Shown piece by piece: positions 12,746 through 26,515 of a DNA stretch of 57,893 bases. Source of the DNA: Nemertoderma westbladi (taxonomy: Eukaryota > Animalia > Xenacoelomorpha); NCBI GenBank assembly GCA_032718475.1, contig JAUCBJ010004742.1, positions 1-57,893 on the forward strand, written 5' to 3'. A program made the position numbers and the translations under genes. The notes beneath the pieces are model-generated. The model saw only the letters and a program-made list of their open reading frames with translations. It ran no database searches and was not told where the DNA came from. Each line of letters opens with the position of its first letter. Within the stretch, counting starts at the first letter, position 1.

Positions 12746-12905
12746 TGTCCGCAAAAGTGGGGACAATAAAGACTAATCTCCGCAAAAGTGCGGACAATAA
12801 AAACTTTGTCCGCAAAAGTGTGGACTGTAAAGACTTTACTGTCCGCATTTGCGGAATATAAAGTAATTATCCAATCAATCTTTCTTTCAAAAATGCGGAT
12901 AATAA
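12746..12905. repeat. Short array of hairpin units TCCGC-AAAAGT-GCGGA
   Basis: Three near-identical units about 30 bp apart, plus two degenerate ones. Confidence 0.7.
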
Positions 12906-13194
12906 AATATTTATCCAATCAGCGATCTGGAAGTTTATTCGGTTCACATTATTTATTCTAGATCAGTAATTACGTTGGTAATTATTTACCGGTAATAAAT
13001 TTGGCATTAAAATGTTTAGATGTATGATCTTTTGCTCCAGTAGCTAGTTTAGTTGACTTTTTGGTTTGAATATTTGATTAACTGAAGTACAAAATTTACC
13101 TAAAAGTTGCGATAAATTTGTTACGTTAAACTTCTATTTAAAAAGTGGATATTTTAAAGAAAACAACATATTTTACAAAAAGTATAATTATTTA

Positions 13195-13690
13195 TTACAT
13201 GGGAAAAAAAGTAGAACTTTTAAAATTATTATCGAGGCATTTTACTTACAGAGCGCAAGCGATGTGAATAAAGGGTCGAGCGAATATTGAAAAAATATAG
13301 TCTACGTTTTTTCCCATGTTTTATTATTCTTAAATTTTTTTGTTGCTCAATTCTTCAATAAAATATAGACTTATTTATATAAAGTGTTACAAAATAAATT
13401 GATCTGTAGTATTTTACTGCTTTATTGGTGTTCTCGAATATTCTTTTCTTAGCAACATAAACCAATATTGGATATTGAGTTCCGTTTTGGAGTTCGCCTT
13501 GCAGACACTAAAGTTTCAATAAATTTTCTTTTGAGTGTGTGAATGTAATTTGCTCAAATTACTTGCAAACCTTTTCTACTAGATGTTCTTTCAAAACATG
13601 TAATAAAATTTAAGAAATTCGACCAAAAAATTTTATATTTATATTTTTAGTCGGGAAAAAAGTAAAATCAATGCAATCCTATGGGTTACC
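13195..13690. repeat. Dispersed AT-rich repeat family, copy 2 (internally palindromic)
   Basis: ATAAACCAATATTGG...GAGTTCCGTTT...ACTAAAGTT...TGCAAACCTTTTC shared with 32883-33085 and 48691-48930; 13195-13320 is a foldback. Confidence 0.8.
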
Positions 13691-13923
13691 CCCCATTGCA
13701 GAGTTCCAATAGGCCGTAACCGGAGCGATAATAAGTTGACATAATGTAACAAAATGTAACAAAATGTGACATTTAAAATAAATACAGCGGAGCCAATCAC
13801 TTCAATTAACATAAAATTTCAAATAAATTAACATTTCTAAAACTATTATACGAAAACTGCAACTTCTAATATACGAGAACTGCTAAATACGAAAACATAC
13901 GAATATACGAAAACAGTTAATTA

Positions 13924-16904
13924 CTAATATGGTATTTCATTCTGCTTGTATTGTATCCAATCATATGTCTTCGTGCGCGGGTTCATACAAGAGTTGTTGA
14001 TTACTTTGAGCATGTAGCTAGCGGCGTCTTTCTCCGAGGCCTGAGGTTGAAATCGTTTCTTAAGTAAATAAAGTGTCCGTCCACGGAAGCAAGGCAGTCC
14101 GGTGTCCAACATCATAGCAACTAGATTAACCACGTCATTCATGTAGGGTCGAACGCACAAGAAACCACGAACTGTTTGTTCCATAAAGTGTTTAAAAGGA
14201 GCCGGGATCCCGCTCTGGTGGTCACCAAACAGCCCCATAATCATAACCATCTCTTTAGTGAGTTTAATATCAGGCTCGAAACCAATATTCCCTCCGGGGG
14301 AACTCTCGAACATAAACCCGAAGTCTATATGGATGATGTGGCCGTCTTCGTCCAACATTATGTTCCCGTTGTGACGATCTTTTATCTGTAGGATGAAACC
14401 GATGACACTGTAGGCTGCCATGCTGCGGATAAAGTTACGCCGAGCTCGTTGGAATGTTAACGAGGATTCCGGGCCGAACTTCGTGATAAACCACTCGTAC
14501 ATGCCGATGTCGGTCTGTCTACCTATTTGGTCGCGGGACTTTGCGTTGGGAACGCATTCAATGACGCCGCACCCAGGCGAGGTCGCCACTACCCGATACG
14601 GAAACAAAAACAAATCTAACCCCGCCTGACTAAATATATTCTTAAACAAACTTATTATCTGTAGCGCCAACATATCCTGCCTGACGTCATCCCCTACTTT
14701 GAATATAGCCGCCTGCCACTGCAGCTGTACGGCGCCCCCCGATACGCGCAGCCCTACATCCGAGCCGCGACGCGCGATCTCAACCGCGAGACGCTCCACG
14801 TTGTCCACTCCGACCTTCCGGACCCGGAATCTCGCGAGGAACGGCGCCTTCGCCGCACTCTGCATCGGGGTCCCCGAGTTCTTGTCAATATCCATGACAA
14901 CCGACTCGGGGTTGCTAGGGAGATAGCAGCCCGGCTGCACGGTGATTCTCGCCAGCGCTTTGAGACACGCCTTCTTGCGGGCGTCGCCTTTAGGGTAGGG
15001 TTTAATCTCCCCGGAGATGTTAGTCACATCCCCGAAGAACTCAAACTCCCTCTTATAGAAACTCAACGCCAACGGAGACATTTTATCGCTAATTTTAACC
15101 AACAAATTTTCTATAATATCACCGATATCGGGGTCTCTCTCTAATCCGTCTTCGTCGCGAAATAGATTAACTTTCATATTCCATATGAGTTGGTGGGTGA
15201 GAAGATTGGATTGGTCGACGATCCATAAGATAAACTCGCTGATGTAACCGAGTTGGTCGAATCGGAGGGCTTGGACGATCTGGGGGACGTAGAAGAGGAG
15301 GAGAGCGGGCGGGAAACTGCGTAGGACGCGGATCGCGTATTGGGCGGTGGTCGAGTGGTACGGGTAGAGTCGGCTAAAGTAGCTGAGGGACTGCAGGGGG
15401 GTGACGCGCGCCCAGGTCAGCATGTGGGACAGTTCGGAGACGTCGGCCTCCACGGTGTTACTGGTAACGAGGTACGGCAGGACGTCCGGTAGATGCGACA
15501 CGGCGGCGGGGTTGAGACGAACCAAGCGGGTCACCTCGCGGGATATAACCTCGGGTGTCCGGATCCGAGTCGGGAGGTAAACCGCGAGTTCGGGGCTGAT
15601 GGACCAGGCCAGACGGACCGACTCGCGCCAGGACTTATCCGAGGGCGGCTGTTGGCGCCACGTATTGAGCGTATCCTCGGAGTCGAGCCCCTCGCTCGAC
15701 TCCCCGAGCGGGTTTAACCACGCGACTAGTCGCTGTACCTCGTACGCGACCAGCATCAGCAGTAGGTTCCGTCTCTTCGTGTAATCCTTCAGATAACTCT
15801 CGAGGTCCGAGTTGCTCTTACGACTGGTTTTCTTGGAGACCGCGCTCATCGTGGCCGTAGAAGGCAACGTGTTGTGCCAACCCTGTTGGAGCGTGTTAAC
15901 CCGCGGTATAGAGATCGCATTCGCACCGCTATGAGGCGTCTTAGGTGACGTCAATGTCCCCGCTGCATTGGATTCAACCCACGGCATCAGCGGCCCTTTA
16001 GTCAAATACTTTTTATCCGTGTATAAAACATGCCAAAAACTTATAAGCAACTTTATATCCCTTCTGAGCAACGCCCCGGTACTTTTTGGCCAAGTTGGAG
16101 GCCTAATAAAGTAATCGAACGCCGCGTTGTAGACTCTGTGTCGTAAGACGCTTTTGCTGTTAGCGTTAGGAATGACTTCCCCTGAAAGTAGAACCAGACC
16201 CATGTGACAGAGGTTGAAGCGGCCTGGGATGGCGTCTACGTGGTGATTCAAACCAGTAAGGGAGCGGTGCATCAATCGCTCGAACATGGCGACAACTTCG
16301 GGGTTGCAATCCTTGGAAACCGCGAGTCGACGTTTCATGAACGCAGTCCAGATACTGTGAGGTCCCACCGGTGGTAACACCGGCCGCGGTATGTTGTTCT
16401 CGTACGCCTCTAGTGGGTTGATACTCTCTAGGTCGGACGAGTAGAGACCCAACTTGGACGTGACGCTGTACTGCCAGACAGCGCACATCTCGTCTGTGAA
16501 GGCGACCTCGAGGTCAGGTCGAGCCGCTAGCAACCAATCCCAGCAGGCCACAGTCGTTTCCATGGCGTCGTTGTTAAACAGTTTCAATACAGACCAACAC
16601 ACATCGCGGATTAGTTGTCTATTGGTTACTGACTCGCTGATCAGTAACGCTGTACACCGGAACATCGCTTCCAGGTACCGTTCGTTGCTACTACTCGTAC
16701 AAGCTTCCTCTAACGTTTTCCTCATCCTACTGATTAGAGTGTCCGTGGAATCCTCACCCGAATAGGATTTCATCCCGTTGATTTCTCCCTTGTACCGGAT
16801 TCGGAGATTCAGGGTGAACATGAAATCCCCGAGGTCGTTTTTCACGCAACTCGGCCACCTTTCCAGAGTGTCTGCGCTCTGAGGTGCAGACATTTGGTTG
16901 AAAC
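13924..16904 (-). CDS. PI4KA: Phosphatidylinositol 4-kinase III alpha, exon 2 (helical and kinase domains)
   Basis: PMQSAAKAPF, IFKVGDDVRQD, QIKDRHNGN, HIDFG, C-terminal QNEIPY; acceptor TTAAAG/GT joins exon 1 in phase 1 to give HCAG-FNQ-MSAP. Confidence 0.97.
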
Positions 16905-19072
16905 CTTTAAATACATAATTAAACGAATTAATTAATTAAACACAATTCATTAATGAAAACATTAAATAAATCTTTTGAGAACAGAAGACAAAGTAGAGCT
17001 TAAAGGGCATTTAATTTATCGGTGACCAGACATTACATTACTTTGTCCATAGCCCTGGTGGGGTGGGGGGGGGGGGGGGGGGGGGGGGGTATTTGGAAAC
17101 TCAGGGAATTAATATCTCATATCTCATCTCGACAAATCAACAATGTTATGTTACAGTGGAATGTAAGACAATGAACGAGTCAATAACACAGTTGAATTTT
17201 ACCAAAAGACAATTTAGCATATAGTTTATTTATTACGATTTTATGATTAATAGTATAAAATTCTTTTTTAAATCAATGTATTTTGCACAGGTTGATAATT
17301 TTTCATGGAAGTATTGGTGAATTTCATCAAAAACGAATAGATATGAATGGGATGTTGCTGTCTTAGGCGGAATCCAATGAATGGGATGTTGCTGTCATAG
17401 GCGGAATCCATATTGCGGGTTTAATAGGATATTATAAAATTTAATAAATACGACCCAGTTATTGTGTTGTATAATTTGTTCTATATTATTTTGCTTAGGA
17501 TAGGGGAGGGGGATGTTAAATGAGTCAGTAGTTATTGGATTATCTGCCTTAAAAGAAGGTACAAAAGATATTGGGAATTTGAAATAACCTTGGAAAAATA
17601 CCAAGATTGTTTAATAGATCGATTAAATATAAATAATATTTCGATTTATAGTACTATTTCTGTAGCAATAGACACAGGATATTTAAGGGGGGTTGACTAA
17701 TTACATAACAATTATCGTTCCCTTATTTAGGAGACTCTATTTTACCCAAATTTATTGACATTTGGTACACAACACATGTACATGTATATTGTATATAATA
17801 GGTGGATTAAAAAAAATTTCGCCATTTTAAATTTTTTACCTAATTAACATAATTTATGGAAAAAAATTTTAAATGTCCCATGTAACTGGCCCATGTGAAG
17901 AATACCAGACTTTCTGCCGTTATATTTCACTTTGCAGTTACCCCCATGTGAAGAATACCAGACTTTCACCAAAAACACAGGTTACAGAAGGGCTGAATCT
18001 AACCAAAACAATAAACGAATAAGTATATATATGTACAGCTTATAAGACAGAAATAAGCGCTATAAAACACTTAATAAAGATATAATAAAAAAAATAAAAA
18101 ATCGTCATATATATAAAATTCCAATAAAAAAAGTCGACCGAAAAGTGAAATTCTGGCATTCTTCACATGGGATGGTCACAGGGATGGTCAGCAAGTGCTC
18201 CAAATTTGAGCAGAACAGCATGTTAAATCGACCCTATGACCAGAGTTTTGATAAACGTTCATGTTCAAAAATTATAAAAAAAACGGATTTTTTTGCAATA
18301 TTTTTGACACATTTTTCCATTTTTGACCAATAATTTACACATTTTGTTAAATACTTCAGTTACAACAAAGAAAAATAAAAGTGGTAAGGGGGTGTTTAAG
18401 CATCACCCAGACACCATTCATGCCAAATTTTACACGAATTCGTTCATTTTTGGAAATGCCTTTGCATTTTGAAATTAAAATTTGCATTCTCAAGTAATTG
18501 CACTTAAAGTTTACGGTAAGGGTAATTTAATTAAAGTCTGCCCATTAAAATGTTGGAATGCATACACGTTCGTGGGGCCTTCGCGCAGCACGAGGCCCAG
18601 TTATGGTACCCCTACGCTAAGGCTCACTCACTTCGTGGCTCGCCCCACAACCTAGCTGACAATTTTGTTACAAGGGTTTTCCGGGTCGGTGATTTCATTT
18701 CTAAAGTCAGTTTTCTTATTTAACTGTGTCATTTATGTTTTAATTACTGTCTGTCTGTCCGTCGAAATAAAACCGACAGCTGAACAGACAAACAGACTAT
18801 GTGAATGACGTGACATATGATAACTGATAAAAGATAAAATAGGCACCCTTGAAAACCCCATAACAAAATTTTTAGCTAGTTGGTATGTCATCCTATTGTT
18901 TTGACATATAAATCGCTGGACAGACAGAAAAAACGACAAACAGACATAGTAGGTTTTGTTAAAAGTGAAAACTGACGATTCGTTTTGTTACTTCGTTTAA
19001 TCAAATATTTGTTACTAATAATCTTTGTTTCGTTTGCCACTACCATCCCTGGCACTAACTATATCTACTAAC
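16905..19072 (-). other. Single GT-AG intron of PI4KA (2168 bp)
   Basis: Donor G/GTTAGT at 19072, acceptor AAG at 16905; splicing gives a continuous 2002-aa frame. Confidence 0.9.
17881..18180. mobile_element. MITE inside the PI4KA intron
   Basis: TGTAACTGGCCCATGTGAAGAATACCAG vs inverted CTGGCATTCTTCACATGGGATGGTCACA; extra direct copy at 17943; no TSD seen. Confidence 0.6.
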
Positions 19073-22000
19073 CCGCGCAATGTAGCACAGATTCCATTGC
19101 CATAGTGAGCCCCGAGTGCTGGAAGCCGCCGTAGTTAATGTTTATAAGATACTCCTGGAGCAGAGAACGTGTCTCGGTTGGAGCGAACTTCATCGCCTCT
19201 TTAACGATGAGAGTACAACGACCGGTAAAGTCCGTCACAATCTTCTCTCGGGCGTCCTGTGTGTCCATTATGGTGATGGTATAGGGCGTGTTGGGCACCA
19301 ACAGTTGCGGGGCGAGTTGGTTGGGGTCGTAATCCCTCACGCTGCTCGACAATAGCTGGAGGATGTCGAACATCGTGTGAAGGAAAGTTCCGTTCCAGAG
19401 GAGGTAAGGCGACTTACCGACCATGTCGGCGAGGTACTTATCGGCCGCGGTTCGGATCAACTTATCGGTGTGGTTGAACTTAACAAGGAGGAACTGCGCG
19501 TGACGTTCCAAATCAGTAGGTCGCGAACCCGTCGGTTTGGAAGAGGAAATAACGTCGAGGAACTTAGCGAACACTTTATCCGCGATGGCGAATATGCAAG
19601 GCCGCATCTGGGACTTATCCAACTGTATGGCTCGATCCTCTAGGTAGACGAACATGTGTTCGAATGAACAGGAACCTTCAATACGGAGAACTTCTAGACT
19701 ATAAACGGCGAGGAGGTAGGTGCACTGGGCGAAGTTAAACCGCGAGACTATTATATTGAGGGTCTCCGGGTGAGCCAGTTGCGATAGCAACGCGCTTTTA
19801 ATCTCGGCGAGTTGCGACGGAGCCAGAGAGTCGTTCTTAAGTACGAAGTTGTAGCGGAGTTCGGAGCCGAGACTCGCTGAGTCGCTGGGACTTGCAAGTA
19901 GCGGACTCTTCAACGCGATCTCGGCGACATTGCGGTACCAGGGCCGGGGCCACACCCCGGACGCCTCGTTGGTAAACCCCATAACCACGCAGTAGAACCA
20001 AAAGTCGTGGAATAGTTTGTGCAGCCGGGGTTTGGGGTCCACTACAGGCGGAATGCGACGGAGTAGAGCCGCGAGCACCGGGAGCAGTAGGCCGAGACTC
20101 GCCGCGCTGCTGGAAGCCTTCAACGCGATGGAGGAGGACTCCGCGATGCGTTTACTCTCCAACCCGTGTTGGATAAACAACTCGAACAACCGGATCAGTA
20201 AGTCGTTCTGTTGTTTCTCGCTTTGAACGTTCGATGCGATTCGTAGGAATACGTCGTTAACCACTTTGGAGCAGTGGTGACAACTCGATTGTTCCGCGTG
20301 ACTCCTCGTAGAATTCGCTTCGACTGCGACTTTAAACAGCGTGTCGAGTATCTGCTGGAGTGTCGGTTGGTTGTCGTTGAGTGCGAGACTAATTGTGGCC
20401 ATCTGCTCTAGTATGATGGGGTCGAGGAGCTGGTCGGTGTGCTGGTTGAACCGCTGCAGGAGGATCTGGAAGACCGAGTCCGCGGTTCCCACAACATCCG
20501 AGAGTCGCGCTCCGATCGTCCCTAACGAAGTCAACGTGTTTATAGAGACGAGACCGTCGCCACGGTTGGCCTCAACGACGCCGTAGAGACGGCTGGAGAG
20601 TTGTGAGAGGAAGGCTTGAATTGCGTTGGGGTTGGCGTCGACGGTGGCGCGGAGAATGCGACACACAGAAGCGATAGCTGCGTCCCGTAGGAGTTCGTGA
20701 CGCGGCGATTCTTCGACAACATCAGGGGCGGTAACCCGACATACCAGAGGGGACTTGCCGCCCGTCTTGTAGTATTTACTTAGTATCGGGGACGGGATGA
20801 AGAGGAAATCCTTGAGCGAGTTGAGACAAACCTCGGAGAGATCAGAGAACTTCTCGGCTAAAGTTCCCAACTCTTCCAGACATGTCAGCAATAACGGAAG
20901 TTGCGACTCTAAGGTTTTTCCTCTCGAGTTTTGCGCTCCGGAATTAATAGTCTCGGCTAAGGTATTCGCTAGTCTTTCCGCTTCAATCTCGTCTCGCACC
21001 ACCCAAGTCTTTAACTTTATACACAACGCGTTCGCTCTGAACTTTCCTACAGCCTCAAACGGTTTATCGGATCGGTTTACAACAGAGTAAATTAATTTAA
21101 TAAAGTTTTGGATTGATGTGTCCACAACCAACGAGGAACTAAATGCTTTCGCTCTGGAACTAACTATATTATAAACCAAAGATAACAAAACTAAATATGC
21201 AATCTCTGTGACGTTCCGGCATTTTAATTTAGTCTGAGTTAATATATTATTGTCGCGGAAAATATCGTCAATTTCGTTTAGAATCGCCTTAGATTCTATA
21301 AACTTCTGCAGCGCGCTCAGCATTCGGATAAATTGTTTTTCTTCAAAATTTACTAATCTATTGTTACCGGTATGTAAAGAAACGGGTCCCTCAGGAGATA
21401 CGAAAACGGTTCCCGCAGAGCTACCAAACAAGTCGTCTTGTATGGAAATATTTGGGCTTTCAGAATTCACAAAATCGCCAGTGTCATCGCGTTTACAAGC
21501 TTTTAACGATGGGTTTTTGTTTCTCGAGAATATAACATCACACGGGAGTTTGTCGGAAGTGGTTCTGCGAGCAAAACCCCGCCATAAACCGATAAGAGAA
21601 ATAAATGCTAAAGACTTTACATTATCTTCTGGTTTCATTTTGTTATCGATTAATATCTTAACTAATTTTTCTACGGAACCGATCCACATGGAAATTACAA
21701 CGTTTCGGAATGTTGAGTTCCGTGTCGCGATATCTGTAGAAACAGCAGCCAAGGAAAACAGGAACATCTCTATATTATACAAGGTGCTATCCCCGAAACA
21801 TCCGTTAATATTGGAATTATCAGAATTAACCCACTTTATATTTTCTAGCCTCTCAAATATACTTTGAATATAAGTTATAATTTCATCTTTATATTGAAAG
21901 TTTGACTGTATAAAATATTTTCCCAGGGCAACAAGAGACATTTGGCGACGATGGTCAACTACAAGCGATTCTCCGGATACTCGTGGACACATATCGATAA

Positions 22001-22100
22001 GTTTTGTTATCATATCACCGGGAGTTGGATTGAGTTCGGATAACGAATCGGCGAAGTCGAGAACGGTGGAATCGAAGAAAGGCATCTTACCGGTACTCAT
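19073..22100 (-). CDS. PI4KA: Phosphatidylinositol 4-kinase III alpha, exon 1 (alpha-solenoid)
   Basis: PI4KA N-terminal motifs LKDFLFIPSPIL, KASSSAASLGLLLPVLA, PKPRLHKLFHDFWFYCVVMGF, HAQFLLVKFNH. Confidence 0.96.
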
Positions 22101-24024
22101 AATTCAGTACCGGTAATGTTATATATTTTACATAAATAGTTAGAACAAACACTGAAACACTACACACTAACAACTAACGTCAGAACGTAATGTGACAATT
22201 GGCAGGCCTATCTAACTCCCTAACATCACAAGTTAACTGCCCTGCTCAGCTGCTGCCATGACTGGACTGTCTATTTATTTATTTATTTATATGATAATCA
22301 TATAATAATAGAATATAAAACAATGTGAACTATAATACCTGTCAGCCTGTGTATACACACACACTCACACACACTGACACAAAAAGTAATTTAAAATAAT
22401 GATCGTTGATCGTGGAGAGAACCGCCCAGGTTCGACAGCTCGAAGGCACCAGCTCAAGGCTCACGGGGGCTACAGATATGAGATACCATACCAATAGAAA
22501 CACGACAATGCACTATGCTATGGCATGTGCATGTATGGTACAGTTGTAAATATTGAACTGTACAGCTGCAACTTGCAAGCCACTTCACTTTAATTTATAG
22601 AATTTTCAAGAATCTAGAAATTAGCTAGAAATTAAGATATTAGAGTATCGGTACGCCTATTTCTGTACTTGCTGCTACTTGAAAAAAATGGTACCGGTAC
22701 TTGAAAATAATGTATTTTCATGACTGCGGGCGCTTTCACTAAACACTTTTACGCTAAAAATGAAAAAAAAACAGCTGAACAGGGTGTACGTGTAAGTCAA
22801 GTCAGTAAGTGTAACTGCAAACAGAATTGAACTTGACATTTGACAGTCTGATAACATTGGCCCTTTTTCATTTTAGCCCTCAATTATAATAGGCCTAATT
22901 CAGTAATTGTTTTGTAAAACACCCCCAGCGTCACCGAGGACAAACAAATCCGATTTTAGTTTATAAATTCTAATTCAACTGCTAAACTCAAGTGACGTGT
23001 ACTGTCTGACTGTACACAGTACACGACATCCAGCAGCAGCACCAGCCTGCCAGCTGTTCTGTTTCGACAAACTAATCCTGTAATCATTGCCTATTGCCAG
23101 ACAGCCTGATTGCTGCATTGCTCACAGACACAGAACAGAGGCTTGAACCGCACGTGGTTGACTTGCTGACTTGTGCTGTTTGGTCAAGTTTTGCACTAAT
23201 TCGAGCTCGAGGTAAGCTGCTTCAGTTTTTGTCAGGTGTAAGGCTGTCAGGATTCAGGAATCCGGTTGACAAATTTAATTCAATGTCAGTGTTGACTGGT
23301 TCACAAATTACTGACTTACCGGTAGTTAACTACGCTACTACAGTACTACGGATTAGATTATAAAGTTGACGTGGTGCACACACAGACACTGCACAGCACT
23401 GTCAGATTGTGCCAGTGCCACAGTCTGACAGTTACAATAGGCCCACAGCTGCGTAGTGGCAGTACCAATACCGGCAACCGGTACTGCAATAACAGTACCG
23501 ATACCAAGGACTACTCTACTATACTCAAGGACTAGCACAGCAGTAATCCGGACCCCGCTAGCACTAGCGGGGTCAATTAGTTTGAAATATTTATAATATT
23601 TCTAGGCCTACCGATATTTTTTTAAATATAATTTGAAGGTTTTCTACCTATTTCCAATACGGTGGATCTGATGGACGCATAATTGAAACATATTACCCAA
23701 TGTGGATGTCATTTTTAGTGAATTTAAATAATTGAGCAGCATTTAGTTTCTTTATTTTTTGAATAATATTATTCGTATATTCGAAATGTATTCAAAGACA
23801 CCCTACGAATTATATTATTTGAACTAGAATGGTTGACACTTTCAGATATTTCGCCCCCGGGCGGCAGACTGTAGAACTGTAGATAGGTCAGGCGCGTTTG
23901 GGAGCAAGTGAGTGTGAGCTGCTTACCCCACTTTGTAAAAATATATCAATGGCCCTGAAAAGGGCTCTTTATTAAGCAAGATCATCAACTTTAGCACCAG
24001 ATAAAATAATAATAGCACATAAAC

Positions 24025-25138
24025 AGACTGTCGTTGTTTAGAATTGCAGTTTCTCATGGCTCGGACTCACTGTGACCCCCCTGTAGAGACTGTCGTAGTT
24101 TCTCGTGGCTCGGACTCACTGCACACTGTGACCCCCTGTAGAGACTGTCGTAGTTTCTCGTGGCTCGGACTCACTGTGACCCCCTGTAGAGACTGTCGTT
24201 GTTTAGAATGTGATAATTGAAAGTACCGACATACTGACTAATGGGGCTTGGTGGTATATAAATATAATAAATGGGTAAACACTAAAGTCTTACACCCTGT
24301 CTTATGTCCTGATCCTATGTTTTTTTGTTAGATTAAGGGATGTAAGACTTTAGTGTTTACCCATTTATTATGTTGTTTAGAATGGCAGTTTCTCATTGCT
24401 CGGACTCACTGTGTCCCCCCTGTAGAGACTGTCGTAGTTTCTCGCGGCTCGGACTCACTGTGACCCCCTGTAGAGACTGTCGTTGGTTAGAATGGCAGTT
24501 TCTCATGACTCGGACTCACTGTGACCCCCCTGTAGAGACTGTCGTAGTTTCTCGTGGCTCGGACTCACTGTGACCCCCTGTAGAGACTGTCGTTGGTTAG
24601 AATGGCAGTTTATCATGGCTCGGACTCACTGTGACCCCCCTGTAGAGACTGTCGTAGTTTCTCGCGGCTCGGACTCACTGTGACCCCCTGTAGAGACTGT
24701 CGCAGTTTCTCGTGGCTCTGACTCACTGTGACCCCCTGTAGGCTGTAGAGACTGTCGTTGGTTAGAATGGCAGTTTCTCATGGCTCGGACTCACTGTGAC
24801 CCCCCTGTAGAGACTGTCGTAGTTTATCGTGGCTCTGACTCACTGTGACCCCCTGTAGAGACTGTCGTTGGTTAGAATGGCAGTTTCTCATGGCTCGGAC
24901 TCACTGTGACCCCCCTGTAGAGACTGTCGTAGTTTATCGTGGCTCTGACTCACTGTGACCCCCTGTAGAGACTGTCGTTGGTTAGAATGGCAGTTTCTCA
25001 TGGCTCGGACTCACTGTGACCCCCCTGTAGAGACTGTCGTAGTTTATCGTGGCTCTGACTCACTGTGACCCCCTGTAGAGACTGTCGTTGTTTAGAATGG
25101 CAGTTTCTCTTGGCTCGGACTCACTGTGACCCCCCTGT
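24025..25138. repeat. Minisatellite of 48-bp and 62-bp units forming a 110-bp dimer
   Basis: Shared GGCTCGGACTCACTGTGACCCCCTGTAGAGACTGTCG; 110-bp period seen at 24781, 24891, 25001, 25111. Confidence 0.96.
24211..24371 (+). mobile_element. 161-bp retroposed insertion with internal inverted repeat and 13-bp TSD
   Basis: GTTGTTTAGAATG at 24198-24210 and 24372-24384; arms TAATAAATGGGTAAACACTAAAGTCTTACA and TGTAAGACTTTAGTGTTTACCCATTTATTA. Confidence 0.8.
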
Positions 25139-26515
25139 CCAAACTCTCCTTCCAGAATGTCCTGCTCAACTTCAGATGTGAGAAAGTAGTTGAACCCAGC
25201 CTTCCCAATTAAATAAACACCACGATCCCGCAAACCGAAGCATGACCGATAATGCACCGTGAGTATCCGTGGTGAGACTTCGTTGTCGTTTCTTACCAAT
25301 GCCGTGAGGGAGGGCTAAAAATTGACCATCGAAATCAGATAGCTGTTTCAACGCAAAGCAGTCAGTAGAGGTTATTGGTTGTCGAAATACTTCTTTGAGA
25401 CGATCATTTTCACTAAGTGACTTGACATTGGACTTACGCAGTAGTTTCTGATACACTTGAAAACATGCACAGCACCAGCTGACCAGGCTGCCAGGAAGGA
25501 GGAACAACGTTTTAGAAGGGTCAACTGGGTGAGGAACCTTCCACGGACAGTCTTGATAATAACCTGGGAACAGTTTATAACAACTCCGATTAGCACGTAA
25601 ATTGTCCATAGTTATTGCAACTACAAATCCACCATTACGATGAACAGAGATAATCGTTTCCATAAGGCGTTGCAAACAAAACTCAGATGTGACTGTATGT
25701 ACCGGGAGTCGGGACCATCTGCTAACGCTAAGCCATTACGGATTGACCACCATGAATAATGCGAACGGCAGCTACAACTTCAAGAAGTTGGGACGAGTGG
25801 AAAAGTTGATTATTTGGGCCGAGGCAGTGCAGCAGTGGCTAAATGACATTGGTTCATTAATTGCAGTATTAACGGAAACATAAATATCCGAGCAAAGACG
25901 ATTTTTGCGGCAGATATCAATACGACCTGCAAACTTCTCACCTTCAAAAATAAATATAGATGTGCGGGAGGAGTTGCACTTCCTCTTCACCTCAAAACAT
26001 CAGTTGATGTCGATATTCCAGTATTACCGGAATCCCTTTTATCCAAACATCGAGATGGGAATCAAGTTTATCAAAGCCGCAAATGACATCTTGTGAGTTT
26101 AACAGGTTTAGCTGCCGGTTCTCGATCGGTATGTCACGGCGTACAGGCGTAATGGCGGAGGGAGCGGAGGAATGCAGGAGGAACAGAAGGAACTCCAAGT
26201 GCCAAGGAAGTTAAGCGGAGGAATGGTTGGTCGCAAACTCGCAATGAACCTCCTGGAACCTTCTTGTGGGGGGCATTATTGATTATCTGGAAATCCCGGC
26301 CAGTCAGCCAGTGCAGTGCGAGATACAAATTACGGCGGAACTGCCGTAAATGTACGAAGAACCATCGTCGGCCTTCTTATGAGGGAGTGCACCAATCCAA
26401 TTTTCACGTTCTGGCGTATCAACCGCTGGAAATGGGAAATCGGACAGTAGGCCTATGTGTTAGATTCCCCGGATAGTTTTCCTTTGCAGCCATAAACACA
26501 ACAATGTTTTTCCAT
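25139..26515 (-). pseudogene. THAP-domain P-element superfamily transposase, frameshifted and 3'-truncated
   Basis: MEKHCCVYGCKG, FP..ERENWIGALP, ICISH (THAP); GGFVVAITMDN..ANR and VPHPVDPSKTLFLL (RNase H core); GFNYFLTSEVEQDILEGEFG (third catalytic acid motif); multiple stops and frameshifts. Confidence 0.88.

Noticed and set aside
14176-21867. Antisense and shifted-frame ORFs overlapping PI4KA (likewise in CRELD, OFD1, SRP72, RPS5)
   Set aside because: Expected shadows of GC-rich coding sequence; no recognisable domains
13924-22100. Two separate PI4K-related genes or stop-codon readthrough
   Set aside because: Canonical GT-AG sites join the two ORFs in frame into one full-length PI4KA
24025-25138. 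RSS-like array (CACAGTG heptamer in each unit, minus strand)
   Set aside because: No convincing ACAAAAACC nonamer at 12 or 23 bp spacing; one chance 7-mer amplified by the repeat
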